A stretch of DNA of 64,000 nt, from assembly GCA_043228905.1 (NCBI GenBank), contig JBHGNT010000017.1, positions 6,076,001 through 6,140,000 on the forward strand, in the 5' to 3' direction. The translations under genes and the position numbers were made by a program. Shown in pieces: positions 52,236 through 64,000 of this stretch; positions within the stretch are counted from its first letter, which is position 1; the number at the start of each line of letters is the position of its first letter. The notes under the pieces were generated by a model. That model saw only the letters and a program-made list of their open reading frames with translations. It made no database searches and was not told the origin of the DNA. This DNA is from Azolla caroliniana. Lineage: Eukaryota > Plantae > Polypodiophyta.

Positions 52236-52306
52236 AATGAGTTGGTGCAATGGTTAAAGTGTAAGACCATTGTTTGAAGGTCACAAGTTCAAACCTTGAT
52301 ATTCAC
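52236..52306 (+). ncRNA. tRNA-like cassette in hAT 5' non-coding region
   Basis: A box TGGTGCAATGG (52243), B-box-like AGTTCAAACC (52286), 43-nt offset; tgagt/attca acceptor-like pairing. Confidence 0.45.
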
Positions 52307-55189
52307 ATTTTGTGACAGCTAAGCTTTAGCTCTTCCCCATCCCTCCGCTCTACCCCTCTCCATCTCACACAGAAGACATTCTCCAATAATGAGGCATTCC
52401 TCATCTCCCACTTCTTTCTTCTCCAAATGGGGAGGCCTTTTAATGGCTGGTTATGATTGAATTAACCAACCATTAAAAGGCCTAGATTAAGCTCGATTTG
52501 ATGTCTATTCCATGTCAATATGAATCATGATCAAGGATTAAAAATGTATCTACTGTATATAGTCTATTTATGATCAAAATTGCCTTCAAATTTTATGAAA
52601 TTCTGTTCAAATTAGGCCAAAAATAAAACTTTGTTTTATGCTCTCTATGTGTGTAAGATCAATTAACACTAAAATTTGAAAGCTCGAGTTTATTGTGTTC
52701 TGTGATTCTGTGATGGTATTAGGCCTAAACAAAATATTTACTACTCCTAGATGCATGAAAGCAAAGCTAAATTTTGACTGGTTAATATTTATTAGAGGTA
52801 GAAATTGACCTCCATTTTGTCTCCAAAGGTGGACCCATGTCCAGTCGCAAGGCTTATTCTTCCCCCCTAACATATCATCACATTTCATCAATGTCAAAGC
52901 TCAACCATCTATTGTTTCCGGCCTGAAGAAAAGCATCTCTCCCAACCCTCAAAAGTTATCAAGGATAACAACAAATCCAGTAATTACATAATTACACAAA
53001 CTAAATAATTATAATTAATAATAAATACAATAGATACTAATAGTCTATGTAATATTAAGATGATGGTAAATCACCAATTTAGCGAAAATTTCACCACTGA
53101 AAATTTCTCATCGAAATGAAGAAACGCCTCAACAAAATTTATGCTCACCAAGAGTTAATCCTGTATAATAATATAATGTAATCAAGAAGCAATATTAGTT
53201 CATATACCTATGTAAAAACCTAGGTTGCTTGAGGCTTCAGAGTTCGGATTTCGTGTAGGCAGCTTCCATATCCTGCATAAAAAGCTAGAATTTGCAAAAT
53301 GTAGAAAATCGTTTCAAAAACCTCCAATTATTTTCTTTTTCTCTACTAAAACATACCCTAGAAAATTAAATTTTAAATTATTTACAAATTTAGGCTTAGA
53401 AAAAATGACAGTTCCAAAAGGTTGAATACATTTAGAATACGTGTGGGTATTCTAAAACGTACTCTATCTATAAATTACGCGTTTTTTAACAACAATGCAC
53501 CCTTGGTAGCATTCTATTGCAACAAAGCGATGATGAAAAACTACATCCTGTGGCTTCCACTCGCGCAAGTTTGACACCGCCAAAATCAATTACGAGATAC
53601 ATGACAAGGAGCTATTAACAATAGTGGACTCTTTTGCACAATGGAGGCGGTTTTTAGAGGGATATTCTCATCTAGTCACCGTATTAAGTGATCACAAAAA
53701 TCTTGCCTACTTCCAAGATGCTCGTGTATTAAATCGACGACAACCTCAGCGGGCCCAATTCCTCACTCGTTTCAACTTCAAAATTACATATCCTCCTCCG
53801 GGCCCAATGGAGGCAGATGCATTATCACGACGCTCATATCTAGCACCTCGTCTCGATGATCCATTCGATAATCAAAAGCAAGTAATCATAGGACCAACTC
53901 AACTGCAAGCAACATGGGTTTTTGACACTCCATTGGATTCCCACCTTATCGATGCCATATGTGAAGACTTGAAGATAGATGCTTTCGCTCAAGCCATTCT
54001 AGCGCAAATTGATCCCTCTCAAACATCATGTTCACAGTCGCAACAACTAGGTACGAACTATCTACAATTCAAATGTCATGATGGATTATTTTTCTTTAAG
54101 AAACTCTTGTATGTTCCCAATGGTTCTTGTCTCCTTCAAGTAGTCCAAAATTGTCATGACACATATACTGTTGGACATTTTGGTAGTACTAAAATGTTGG
54201 ATTTAGTACAACGATCATTTTGGTGGCCCCATATGCGACAATTTATCGAAGACTATGTTCGGACATATGATACATGTTGTAGAGCAAAGATGCCAAGACA
54301 TCATCCATATGGTTTATTGGCACCATTACCAATTCTAAGCAAGTCGTGGTAGTCTACTTCTCTAGATTTTATCACATATCTTCCGGTTTCAAAGGGATTC
54401 GATGCAATCTTAACAATAGTAGATTGATATACTACGAGGCACATTTCCTGCCTTCTACTAAGGAAATCACTAGTGAAGAAACCGCCGAAATGGTCATGCG
54501 TGAGGTATTTCGGCATCATGGCCTCCTACATAGTATCATCCGCGACCGTGGACCTCAATTCATCTCGAAATTCTGGAAGCATCTCTTCAAAATGCTCAAG
54601 GTCACTTGTAACCTCTCCTCCGGCTATCACCCTCAAACAGACGAACAAGCAAAACAAACAAATCAAACGCTGGAATAGTATCTTTGGTGTTTTCTCAGCT
54701 ATCAACAAGATAATTGGGTGGATATTCTCCACTTTGTTGAATTTGCTTATAATAACTCTATCCACTCATCAACTAGGGTTACACCATTTTATGCTTATAC
54801 AGGCTATCATCTACGGTGGTGTGTATTCAAAACTCCGGAGTTACCCACAAATCCTTGTGCAGGGGATCATTTGGGGCGGGTACGCAAGATACAGGCAGAC
54901 CTATCTACCCATTTACATCAAGCTCAACAAACACAGAAGGATTATGCGGATCGTCATCGGCTTCCATCCTGTTTTAACATTAGAGATCGGGTATGGCTAT
55001 TATGACGACACATCAGGACTACTCGACCATACGATAAATTGGATTATCGCCAATTAGGTCCTTTCTGTATTATCACAACTACGGATACATCCGGTTTTTC
55101 ATAGTTCTCTCCTCGAACCATATCAAGACAACACTATTCTGAATCGTACTACACCACCTCCACCCCAATTGAGTTTGAAGTAGGACCGG

Positions 55190-56072
55190 AAGGCAATGTC
55201 AAGAAGGATAGAGCCGACCGGAAGAAGAAGGCCAAGACTCGTATGGTCTGATGTTGTGAAGGGCCTGAAGATCGAGGACGAGTCGGAGACATCCAACTCG
55301 GACAAGAGTGGGAACGACTCGGAGGCACCCGATTCAATTCAATAGTTTGATTCGGAGGAGCCAGATCAGTTGAAGGCCAAGCAGACAAGAAGGCAACAGA
55401 AGTCGACACTGACACGGAGGAACTGACGGGTCAAGAAGCGTCGAGGTCACACAAGAGAAGGAGCTGAGATGGTCGAGGAGTACGGAACCAGATGGGTCGT
55501 GGAAAGCGGGACTGGACCGGTTGAGGAGCGCGAGCGAGGTGTGAAGACACCAAGAAAAGCCGGAGGAAAGGACCGACGAACACTACCACCATGATCCGAC
55601 CTCAAGTTGAGCTTGAGGGGGAGTGTTGAGCAGACAAGATCAACTGGATCCAGATCAGTTGAATAAGCCAGAGCCGGATTGGTATCCTGAATGGAGAACC
55701 AGAACGGTGTCCAATTCAGTATCCAGAACCAAGAGCCGGAGCAGATTGTAACCAGTAGGCCATTAGAGGCCTATGCTCCTAGACTACTAGGTAGTTATGT
55801 TTCCAAGAGTTAGTATCAATAGCTTAGTACGAGCATTGAAGTACTTGTCAGGACTTCGGTCAGTCCTTCAAGGACTTGAATAAAAAGTGTTCTTAGAATG
55901 TTGTGTATAGAGTCTTTGAGTATTTTTGAAATAGAGTTTATTGTTCTACTCTCTCTGTCTCTCCCATGTACTCTCTACGTTTCATGAAGCTTCCATTAAA
56001 CCTACAAATACTTTCTGTTCATAACCAGTGAAGTCGGTTGCATCTACGAGCTTCCGCACATAACTCTTTTCA
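55190..56072 (+). mobile_element. 3' fragment of a copia element related to family B1/B2 (3' region, PPT, LTR)
   Basis: ttgagcttgagggggagTGTTGAG at 55606-55630 mirrors the B1/B2 PPT-LTR junction; LTR 55624 to ~56072. Right end uncertain. Confidence 0.6.
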
Positions 56073-56099
56073 GTTATCATGGTAGGCCCCAATTGACAA

Positions 56100-56500
56100 G
56101 TACAAACATCAGGAGTAGGGGATGATGTTGGAGATAAAGGCACAAGAGATCTTGTTTTCCACCATCGACAATATCCACCCAACTCCTATTAATGCCAAAG
56201 CTCAAGTTGTGTCGGAATTGGTCACCCCGATAACTCTTTGGATTCTTTGGAAACAACGGTGTAGACGGGTCTTTTCCAATCAAATCGTGCGTCAAGCAAT
56301 GTTATTGCAGGAGATATGGAGTGAAGTTGTAGCCACTCTAAAGAGCCAATATGATGGCCTCATGGGCGGATCGGATGGAGTCGAAAGACAACGGTTAGCC
56401 CTCATCCAACAATGGTCGTCCTCTCCCATAAGGAGTTTTTTGTTGGAAAAAAATAAAACTTGCAATATTTCTAATTATCAACCACTAATGCCACCATTCT
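56100..56500 (+). pseudogene. 3' fragment of a plant L1 LINE ORF2
   Basis: ITLWILWKQRCRRVFSN matches the W-x-(I/L)-W-x-x-R-x-x-x-x-F motif at the C-terminus of plant L1 ORF2. Confidence 0.65.
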
Positions 56501-56519
56501 TTTGTAATTAATCTTCCCA

Positions 56520-57056
56520 TCCTTAGTCTTTTTTATCAAGTTTGAAACTAAATACCCTTAGTTTTTGCCCTTGGGCACATGCCACACAACAACATGAGTC
56601 AATGTGAGTGTGGCATGTGCTTTAATTCATTGATAATGATGTGGAACATTGTTGCAATGTGGCAATTCTTTCACTCCACTATTCCATTTTGTTGTTTTTG
56701 CATATATCAACATGTAAATTATCACCAGACTCCCACTCTTTGGAAATATGCCATGAACTCACTAGAGAAGCATTCTCTATTGTGTTGGACCAAAAACATC
56801 TAATCTTTTGGTCAATCTCTTTGTCCACAAGGCTTTTGAATTTTTGAAGGTGAGGGGACACTTCACTCTTTGCATGAATTGGGTAGAGCCATGTTTGTTG
56901 AGAATGATCATACATGATGATCCCATAATACTTACATTTGCCAAGTGTTGTGATTTGTGTGGGTTCCCATACATACTTTTGAGTAGATAGGAACTCAACT
57001 ACTCACATTCTAATCCTTTGGCAATAGATTTTGGGTTGCTTCTCAAATTCACATGC

Positions 57057-57093
<37 letters not shown>

Positions 57094-57800
57094 CATTGTC
57101 TCGCTTTCCCTCAAATGTTTGGGATGCAACTCATACCTCCTCTTGTTAGCTTTGTCTACAACTTTTGTAAGTTGATATGGCTAATGCATTTGCACCATAT
57201 TTTGATGTCAGGCTCTCCTTTTTTCCCCTTGGCAAACATTATGGATTTCACTATATGATCATAAAAAATGAACATCCATCATTTTCTTTTGTGAGTGACC
57301 CATTAAACCTTGTCTTTGAGATCTTCAATTAAGCACCCATGGTTATTGAATCAGACTTGCATCCCTTGCTCTACTACTTGCTCAATTGACACTAAGATCT
57401 ATGGGAACATGCAATACATGCTTGAATCACTTTCAATGTCTTCCATTGTTGTAGAATGGGACATCTTCGATGTGGCAAATTAGGTGAATCGCATCATTTC
57501 CTATCTCCATGTAGCTACGTCATCTAGGTGTCCACAAGTTGCAAGGTCATTCACCATGAATTTTCATATTGTTGGATGCATGCACTCACTCACAATGATG
57601 AACCACCTGTCATTTCCTGCAATAATGGTTGGCAACATAGATATAGTCATCTGATTCATTGGTGCAGTTGGTAAGTTGTTGATCGATGGAGGAATCTTTA
57701 TTTTTCTTGTAACCCCTTTTTCTAGATTTTCCTCTTTTACTCCTCAAAGGTCATAACTACGGACCAAGCTTCAGCAAAAGGATTTGCACATTTGCGTTAT
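56520..57800 (-). mobile_element. Old copia remnant (protease/integrase region)
   Basis: DHSQQTWLYPIHAKSEV...KFKSLVDKEIDQKIRCF is homologous to B1 integrase; heavily disrupted. Confidence 0.75.
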
Positions 57801-59286
57801 TAAGAAGTATTGCAATGCATGGTCATATAGACCGTTAATGAACCTACCCATCAATTTGCCATTTGGCATTTTATCCCTAGGTTCACACATATTGTGCATC
57901 GAATGTAGACATACTTTGTTTCCTTTGCCTCTTGTTTGAATGAGAATAGTTGATCAATTGGGTTCCATTTGGTTCCACCCAACAAAGTTGGGTAGAGACT
58001 CCTCCCTTACATATGCAAAATAATTTAAAGCTTCTTCAAGGAGGGGCCGAAACAAAATCCAGCTTAGTCCTTGACAATGAGTCCAAAAGTGGCTAATCTC
58101 ATGACCTACTAAAATGCACACTTTTCCCACCGTCGTTCATAGGCCACAAATGTGGGGGTAATTGTTTGCTTGGCCCTCTCTATTAGGGATACTTGTGGTT
58201 TGGATTAAGTTCAAAGGTATGGCTAGCTCTAGATCTAGTGGCATGTTAGAGGTTGGAATCGCATCCACGGTCTATCCCCAACCATGTTGGTGGGAAAGTT
58301 CCTTAGGTAGCCTCCCATCGAAAAGAGTTGACAAGGAGCTACTCGGTCTATTTCTTATACTCATCCATGGTGGCTTTGACCATAGTATCTAACCTCTACT
58401 TCTTGTTGTCTACATGGTGAATTGTGCTTTTGCACAATGGTCATTTACTAGAGCCACTAATGGTGGCTTTGAGTGTGACAACTAAGGGTTCGAGTACAAT
58501 CACTGGTCACAATTTTTTCTAAAATTTCAAGTTTAATAGTTCAATTAGTCCATTAACATAAGTCAAGATTATCCAGATACTATTGTCTTAATATTTCCAA
58601 TTCATTCTAATCCCTATATGGTTGTTCAAATAATTGACAACATTCAATTATATGCTAATTAACCAAGGATGTAGCCCATGATGTCAATAAATCATTATAT
58701 ACCCATAATGTCCACAATTGATTGAACTACTTGTTGCTATATGTTCATAAATCAACATATTTTCTACCTATAAATCTGTTCATAATGTTCAATATAAAAT
58801 TTTAATACAATTCAACATGGTTGTCCTACTACATATAACTCCCACTTTGTTGATATTCTCTTCGCCTTATACATTTAATACATAATTTGCAAATACACAT
58901 TGAAAATAGGAGAATTTTGTTCTTTCCATTCTTTCAGAATTAGATTAATTTTAACTTATTTTCTTTGAAGATGGTCATATTAAACACCCCTGATTGGCAT
59001 CATATACAGAACAAATGTCATTCTTTATTAATTTCATGTGAGCTATGGCTGGCTCAAATAATAATAATAAAAGTCCACATTTTACAACTTGTAGCTGCAG
59101 GTAAAGATTTTACAGTAAATACCATCTTATTCATGAGTTAAGCATTTGGCCATTAACATTGTCAAACATCTTGCAGGGACCTGTATATTTTTTAGTGTGC
59201 TTTCCAGAGATTTTAATATTCCACATCAAATATTCTTTAAAAACCTGTACAACTTTTTGAAGTGCACGTGTGTATGTGTGTCAATT

Positions 59287-59487
59287 TCACCGTCGTCCCA
59301 AAAGACGTAACAATAAAAGGAAAAGGTTCAGAATATCCAAGTAGAGAGCCACAGACGCCCATATGTATTCATCATAGTCGAATCGCTTGATCAGGTTGTC
59401 AGTATCGTACACAATGTACAAGCTGAATATAATTGACCCAACAGCTCCATAGATAGTTGTGGCAAGAGGTCCAAATGGGAAAAATAT
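59287..59487 (-). CDS. LFG: BI-1-like / Lifeguard family membrane protein, last coding exon
   Basis: IFFPFGPLATTIYGAVGSIIFSLYIVYDTDNLIKRFDYDEYIWASVALYLDILNLF*; CAG acceptor 59488-59490; stop 59287-59289. Confidence 0.95.
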   Translation of the reverse strand: MFFPFGPLATTIYGAVGSIIFSLYIVYDTDNLIKRFDYDEYIWASVALYLDILNLFLLLLRLLGRR

Positions 59488-59586
59488 CTGGCACACAATC
59501 ATGATGAAACAATATTATCAAGTTTGGATGAATTAACTTGTGAGAATTCTGAAGATGAAGGGTACGGACAAAAAAAACCAAATCAC

Positions 59587-59744
59587 CTGAATAATAGAGA
59601 ATAGAATGAGAATCATAAGTGCAGAAGAAAGCATAGGGCCGAGGTAGTTGAAGTCATAACCTTTCTTTGCCGCCCAGAACGTGTATGCAGTTAGGGAAAG
59701 CACAACAGCTGCAGTTAATATGAGTGCTTCTAATACAACTCTTC
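59587..59744 (-). CDS. LFG: BI-1-like / Lifeguard, internal exon (not in ORF track)
   Basis: GRVVLEALILTAAVVLSLTAYTFWAAKKGYDFNYLGPMLSSALMILILFSIIQ; AG/GT boundaries; phase 1 to phase 0 fits neighbours. Confidence 0.93.
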
Positions 59745-59891
59745 CTGTTTAGAACCAACCACACAACACACATAATCAATATATCCTTGACTATCTTCAC
59801 CGTTCATTCCCTATCATTTGACTGCAAGTTACATAAGTAAGACCAAAATAAGTTAAAAAGATGGAGAGAGAGAGAGAGAGAGAGAGAGAAC

Positions 59892-60005
59892 CTTCTGTAA
59901 AGACACAGACAACTCCCACCATAAGACTCATTGAAACCGTAAAGAGTCCAAGAAACAAAAGATTGAGCGGGTGACTCTGACGGTAGTAATAAAGGGGACA
60001 AAGAA
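59892..60005 (-). CDS. LFG: BI-1-like / Lifeguard, internal exon
   Basis: LCPLYYYRQSHPLNLLFLGLFTVSMSLMVGVVCVFTE; 114 bp, phase 1-1, AG/GT boundaries. Confidence 0.93.
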
Positions 60006-61892
60006 CTGCTAGCACAGAAGGCAACGATTCTTTAGATAATGAAAAAATACAAATACTCATCTTCATTAGGAAAAATGGTAAGCAATAAATAAAGAAATAC
60101 AGTTTCCCATCTTAATTCAAATTATCCAAGAAAGAAAATAATAAAAGCTCACTAAGACAGATAATATGCATATAGCAACTACGACATTGAGATATACACT
60201 GATTATAATCTTCTCAATGCATAGGTGAAGTTGTGCCATTAAGATTATGAATCCACAAATTAAAGCTCTTCCATATGTATGGTCAAAAACAGTTTACAAA
60301 ATGCATATCAAAACAACAAGTTTATTGTACATACACAAGCAATTGGAAATTTAAATGAGAAAACAATATTTTGTTTCCAAAGCCACCTTCAGGTCAGAAA
60401 CAACACACAAACATTTTTTGGCATAAAATGCAAAAGTAATTTGTTTCCACCACAAACAAACTTCATACATATATACATACATACATACCTATACATGCAC
60501 GATAGATTCATAATGTGCATATACTCAAACTCCGGTTTGAATATGATTTTCATGTCACAAACAAAAACTGTACTTTCAGTTCACACCCAAAAATAGTCAT
60601 GACAAATATAATTGTGACATGTAATGCAACAAGAGACGTGCATAAGACCAACGAAAACGAGATGCAATTGTTTATGATATTTTACTGCAATATGGGTGTT
60701 TTCTGAGTAAGTACATTCATGTTGATTGAGTATATGTTTTGCAATACTATCCGGAAAGATTTGGAATTACACTAAGAAGCTTGAGGATGATTCTACCAGA
60801 TACATCATGAAACCAGATGTAGAATGGGATCATTGAATGGATTGTATCATATTTTGTAGAAGATCGGGTGTAGAATGGGATCATATTTCCAAAAAACCTT
60901 GAGAAACAATCCTGCTGAGTATTAAGGTATAAGTCATATCTTCAATGGACATGATGCTATATGTTTTATTGGAGGGTAAATACAGATATTTATGATAACA
61001 AATCAGGTGTTTCAAAATGGTCAGAAGATAAAAAAAATTAATGAATTTGGTGACGTGTTTGGTGAAGATTTTGGGCAAATCCAAACTGTGTTCCATTAGC
61101 TGAGAGTTTAGATGTCCAAAAAGTGTGATTGTTTGGAATTCCATGAAAAACGATATGTGAGGCATTTTGGATCTTTTGGTGCATACAAAATGAATGATGA
61201 GCTTTGCAACTTCATAACATTAAGGATTAACTTTTGGAAAATATTTGGGAAGATTTTAATTCTTGTGTTTGTCTATAAGAAATGTGAAAATGTCAAAGAA
61301 ATATCTCAAATGCCCTTGCTGAAACCTAGAGAAGCCAAATGTATTTGCTAGGAGGACAGTTTTATAGTAAATTTATCCCATTTTTTCTCAATTACAGGAG
61401 GAATTTAAGCAATTATTCGGCCAATACATCCCCTTTCTGTCTTCCTGTACTGCCTTTTAAAGGGAATTTGGGGAAATATATGATCAAATTGGATCTAATT
61501 GTTAAGACAAAGTCTTTCCTGTACTGCCTTTTAAAGGGAATTTAGGGAAATTTATGATCAAATTGGTTCTCATTGTCAAGCTAATGTGTCGTGTAATGAA
61601 CCAAAGAGGATACCACATAATAATATTTGGATTGAAGACCATTCCATGAGAATGGCCTAGCAAGGTACATAGTGATAAAAGACCTTAGAGTATATTGAAA
61701 TCAGAATGAGATGTTATTGGTTTTGAATAAACTTAGAGAGCTTCTTTTACCAAATTTTGATATGGATGACCAAAGGTGCAGATTAGTAAAGATATTCAAA
61801 AACAAGTTTGAGAAGAGACCTCAAGATTAGCATAACGTAAAAAACATACATCAAATCAACATATTGCAATAAGAAATTATTGGTCTGCAATT

Positions 61893-63454
61893 CAAGATCG
61901 AGATGTTTTTTTCACAATTTTATGTCCACTATGCTGTATTGTATTCTGAACATAGAATAGTCCTTCAATTACAAAGGAACAATGCAAGATCGAGATGTTC
62001 TTTTCACAATTTTATGTCCACTATGCTGTATTGTATTCTGAACATAGAATAGTCCTTCAATTACAAAGGAACAATGCAAGATCGAGATTTTCTTTTCACA
62101 ATTTTATGTCCACTATGCTGTATTGTATTCTGAACATAGAATAGTCCTTCAATTACAAAGGAACAATGCAAGATCGAGATGTTCTTTTCACAATTTTATG
62201 TCCACTATGCTGTATTGTATTCTGAACATAGAATAGTCCTTCAATTACAAAGGAACAATGCAAGATCGAGATGTTCTTTTCACAATTTTATGTCCACTAT
62301 GCTGTATTGTATTCTGAACATAGAATAGTCCTTCAATTACAAAGGAACAATGCAAGATCGAGATGTTCTTTTCACAATTTTATGTCCACTATGCTGTATT
62401 GTATTCTGAACATAGAATAGTCCTTCAATTACAAAGGAACAATGCAAGATCGAGATTTTCTTTTCACAATTTTATGTCCACTATGCTGTATTGTATTCTG
62501 AACATAGAATAGTCCTTCAATTACAAAGGAACAATGCAAGATCGAGATGTTCTTTTCACAATTTTATGTCCACTATGCTGTATTGTATTCTGAACATAGA
62601 ATAGTCCTTCAATTACAAAGGAACAATGCAAGATCGAGATGTTCTTTTCACAATTTTATGTCCACTATGCTGTATTGTATTCTGAACATAGAATAGTCCT
62701 TCAATTACAAAGGAACAATGCAAGATCGAGATGTTCTTTTCACAATTTTATGTCCACTATGCTGTATTGTATTCTGAACATAGAATAGTCCTTCAATTAC
62801 AAAGGAACAATGCAAGATCGAGATGTTCTTTTCACAATTTTATGTCCACTATGCTGTATTGTATTCTGAACATAGAATAGTCCTTCAATTACAAAGGAAC
62901 AATGCAAGATCGAGATTTTCTTTTCACAATTTTATGTCCACTATGCTGTATTGTATTCTGAACATAGAATAGTCCTTCAATTACAAAGGAACAATGCAAG
63001 ATCGAGATGTTCTTTTCACAATTTTATGTCCACTATGCTGTATTGTATTCTGAACATAGAATAGTCCTTCAATTACAAAGGAACAATGCAAGATCGAGAT
63101 GTTCTTTTCACAATTTTATGTCCACTATGCTGTATTGTATTCTGAACATAGAATAGTCCTTCAATTACAAAGGAACAATGCAAGATCGAGATGTTCTTTT
63201 CACAATTTTATGTCCACTATGCTGTATTGTATTCTGAACATAGAATAGTCCTTCAATTACAAAGGAACAATGCAAGATCGAGATTTTCTTTTCACAATTT
63301 TATGTCCACTATGCTGTATTGTATTCTGAACATAGAATAGTCCTTCAATTACAAAGGAACAATGCAAGATCGAGATGTTCTTTTCACAATTTTATGTCCA
63401 CTATGCTGTATTGTATTCTGAACATAGAATAGTCCTTCAATTACAAAGGAACAA
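61893..63454. repeat. Intronic minisatellite, 92 bp x 17 near-identical copies
   Basis: Unit caagatcgagatgttcttttcacaattttatg...caattacaaaggaacaatg starts every 92 bp from 61893 to 63365. Confidence 0.98.
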
Positions 63455-63792
63455 GGAGAACTGATTGCAAGGGAATATATTATAGATATTACAATGCGTT
63501 AAACCTAGAAAAAATGATCCATGTGTTAAACCTGTATAATCTAACACAATGCAAAACAATCTAACATTTAAAGAAACGGAAAATTATCCATCACTACAAC
63601 ACAATAAACAAATTGATATGATTCTATGGTTGGAAAATATTATCAATTTCCACACAAAATACAAGCAGTATGATTCTAAACACATGAAAGATAATCCATT
63701 GCCAACTCAAAAATGCACAAATATCGTGAAACACATGAAAAGAAAGGAAATTGATTGAAAATGTAAGAATAAGTGAATAGCAGAAGGCTTAC

Positions 63793-64000
63793 GAATGAAC
63801 GGTAAAATGATGAGACCAATCCAAAGAACAGTGCTGGAGACGATGGCGACGGCCACAGGAGAATAGAAGACGAGCAGGGCACAGACAAGGGTGGTGATGA
63901 GGATTTGGATGGACAGGATTCCATATACCTTGCGGATGAATGCCCACCTGAATGCGTTCTCCCCACTGGGGATGCCTGGGTACAACACTGGGCCTGCCTC
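63793..64000 (-). CDS. LFG: BI-1-like / Lifeguard, 5' coding exon (start beyond window)
   Basis: LYPGIPSGENAFRWAFIRKVYGILSIQIL motif; GTAAG donor at 63788-63792; phase 1 joins the next exon in frame. Confidence 0.95.

Larger units (their letters stand above)
46620..53497 (-). mobile_element. hAT DNA transposon (6.9 kb)
   Basis: TIRs CATGGTTGT / ACAACAATG, perfect 8-bp TSD CACCCTTG (46612-46619, 53498-53505), subterminal aatacgt-type repeats. Confidence 0.95.
45552..55190 (+). mobile_element. Degenerate Ty3/gypsy chromovirus (Tcn1-like): gag, RNase H, integrase; protease and most RT deleted; split by hAT
   Basis: LTR end TCCTGACA at 45608. Gag LLSGSALAWF...LRQG...GLRNDVKD. RNase H NYEIHDKELL, DHKNL, ADALSR. 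Integrase GHFG...WWPHM, DRGPQFISKFW, HPQTD. RNase H continues across the hAT insertion. Confidence 0.88.

Noticed and set aside
58430-58510. Another possible A/B-box cassette (tgcacaatgg...ggttcgagt)
   Set aside because: Offset is longer than in the other cassettes, no stems are evident and there is no second copy; could be chance or an old SINE.
60700-61890. Possible ancient LINE remnant in LFG intron, with short tandem duplications near 60815/60868 and 61440/61515
   Set aside because: No diagnostic protein motif could be read with confidence.
61893-63454. CRISPR-like regular array
   Set aside because: Units are contiguous and identical, with no unique spacers and no cas genes; it lies in a eukaryotic intron.

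Overview
Eukaryotic, not prokaryotic, DNA: a plant genomic region, probably from a seed-free land plant such as a fern or lycophyte (inferred from the TE lineages present). About 57 kb is a deeply nested stack of degenerate transposons. These are several Ty1/copia elements and solo LTRs, two chromovirus-type Ty3/gypsy remnants, three related gypsy LTR families (TGTCG...CGACA ends, 4-bp TSDs, tRNA-Trp PBS where an internal region survives), an RTE-X-like LINE, two hAT elements and a probable large DNA transposon at the left edge. Most boundaries can be resolved from TSDs. The only host gene is a BI-1/Lifeguard (LFG) family gene on the minus strand at the right end; four coding exons are visible, and one intron holds a near-perfect 17 x 92 bp minisatellite. 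Two observations stand out. (1) A tRNA-like A-box/B-box cassette sits antisense and upstream of the Pol II promoter in two gypsy LTR families and in a hAT element. (2) All five insertions of the TGTCG gypsy group landed on CG-centred (NCGN) 4-bp targets inside other TEs. All calls were made by eye; no alignments or database searches were run.
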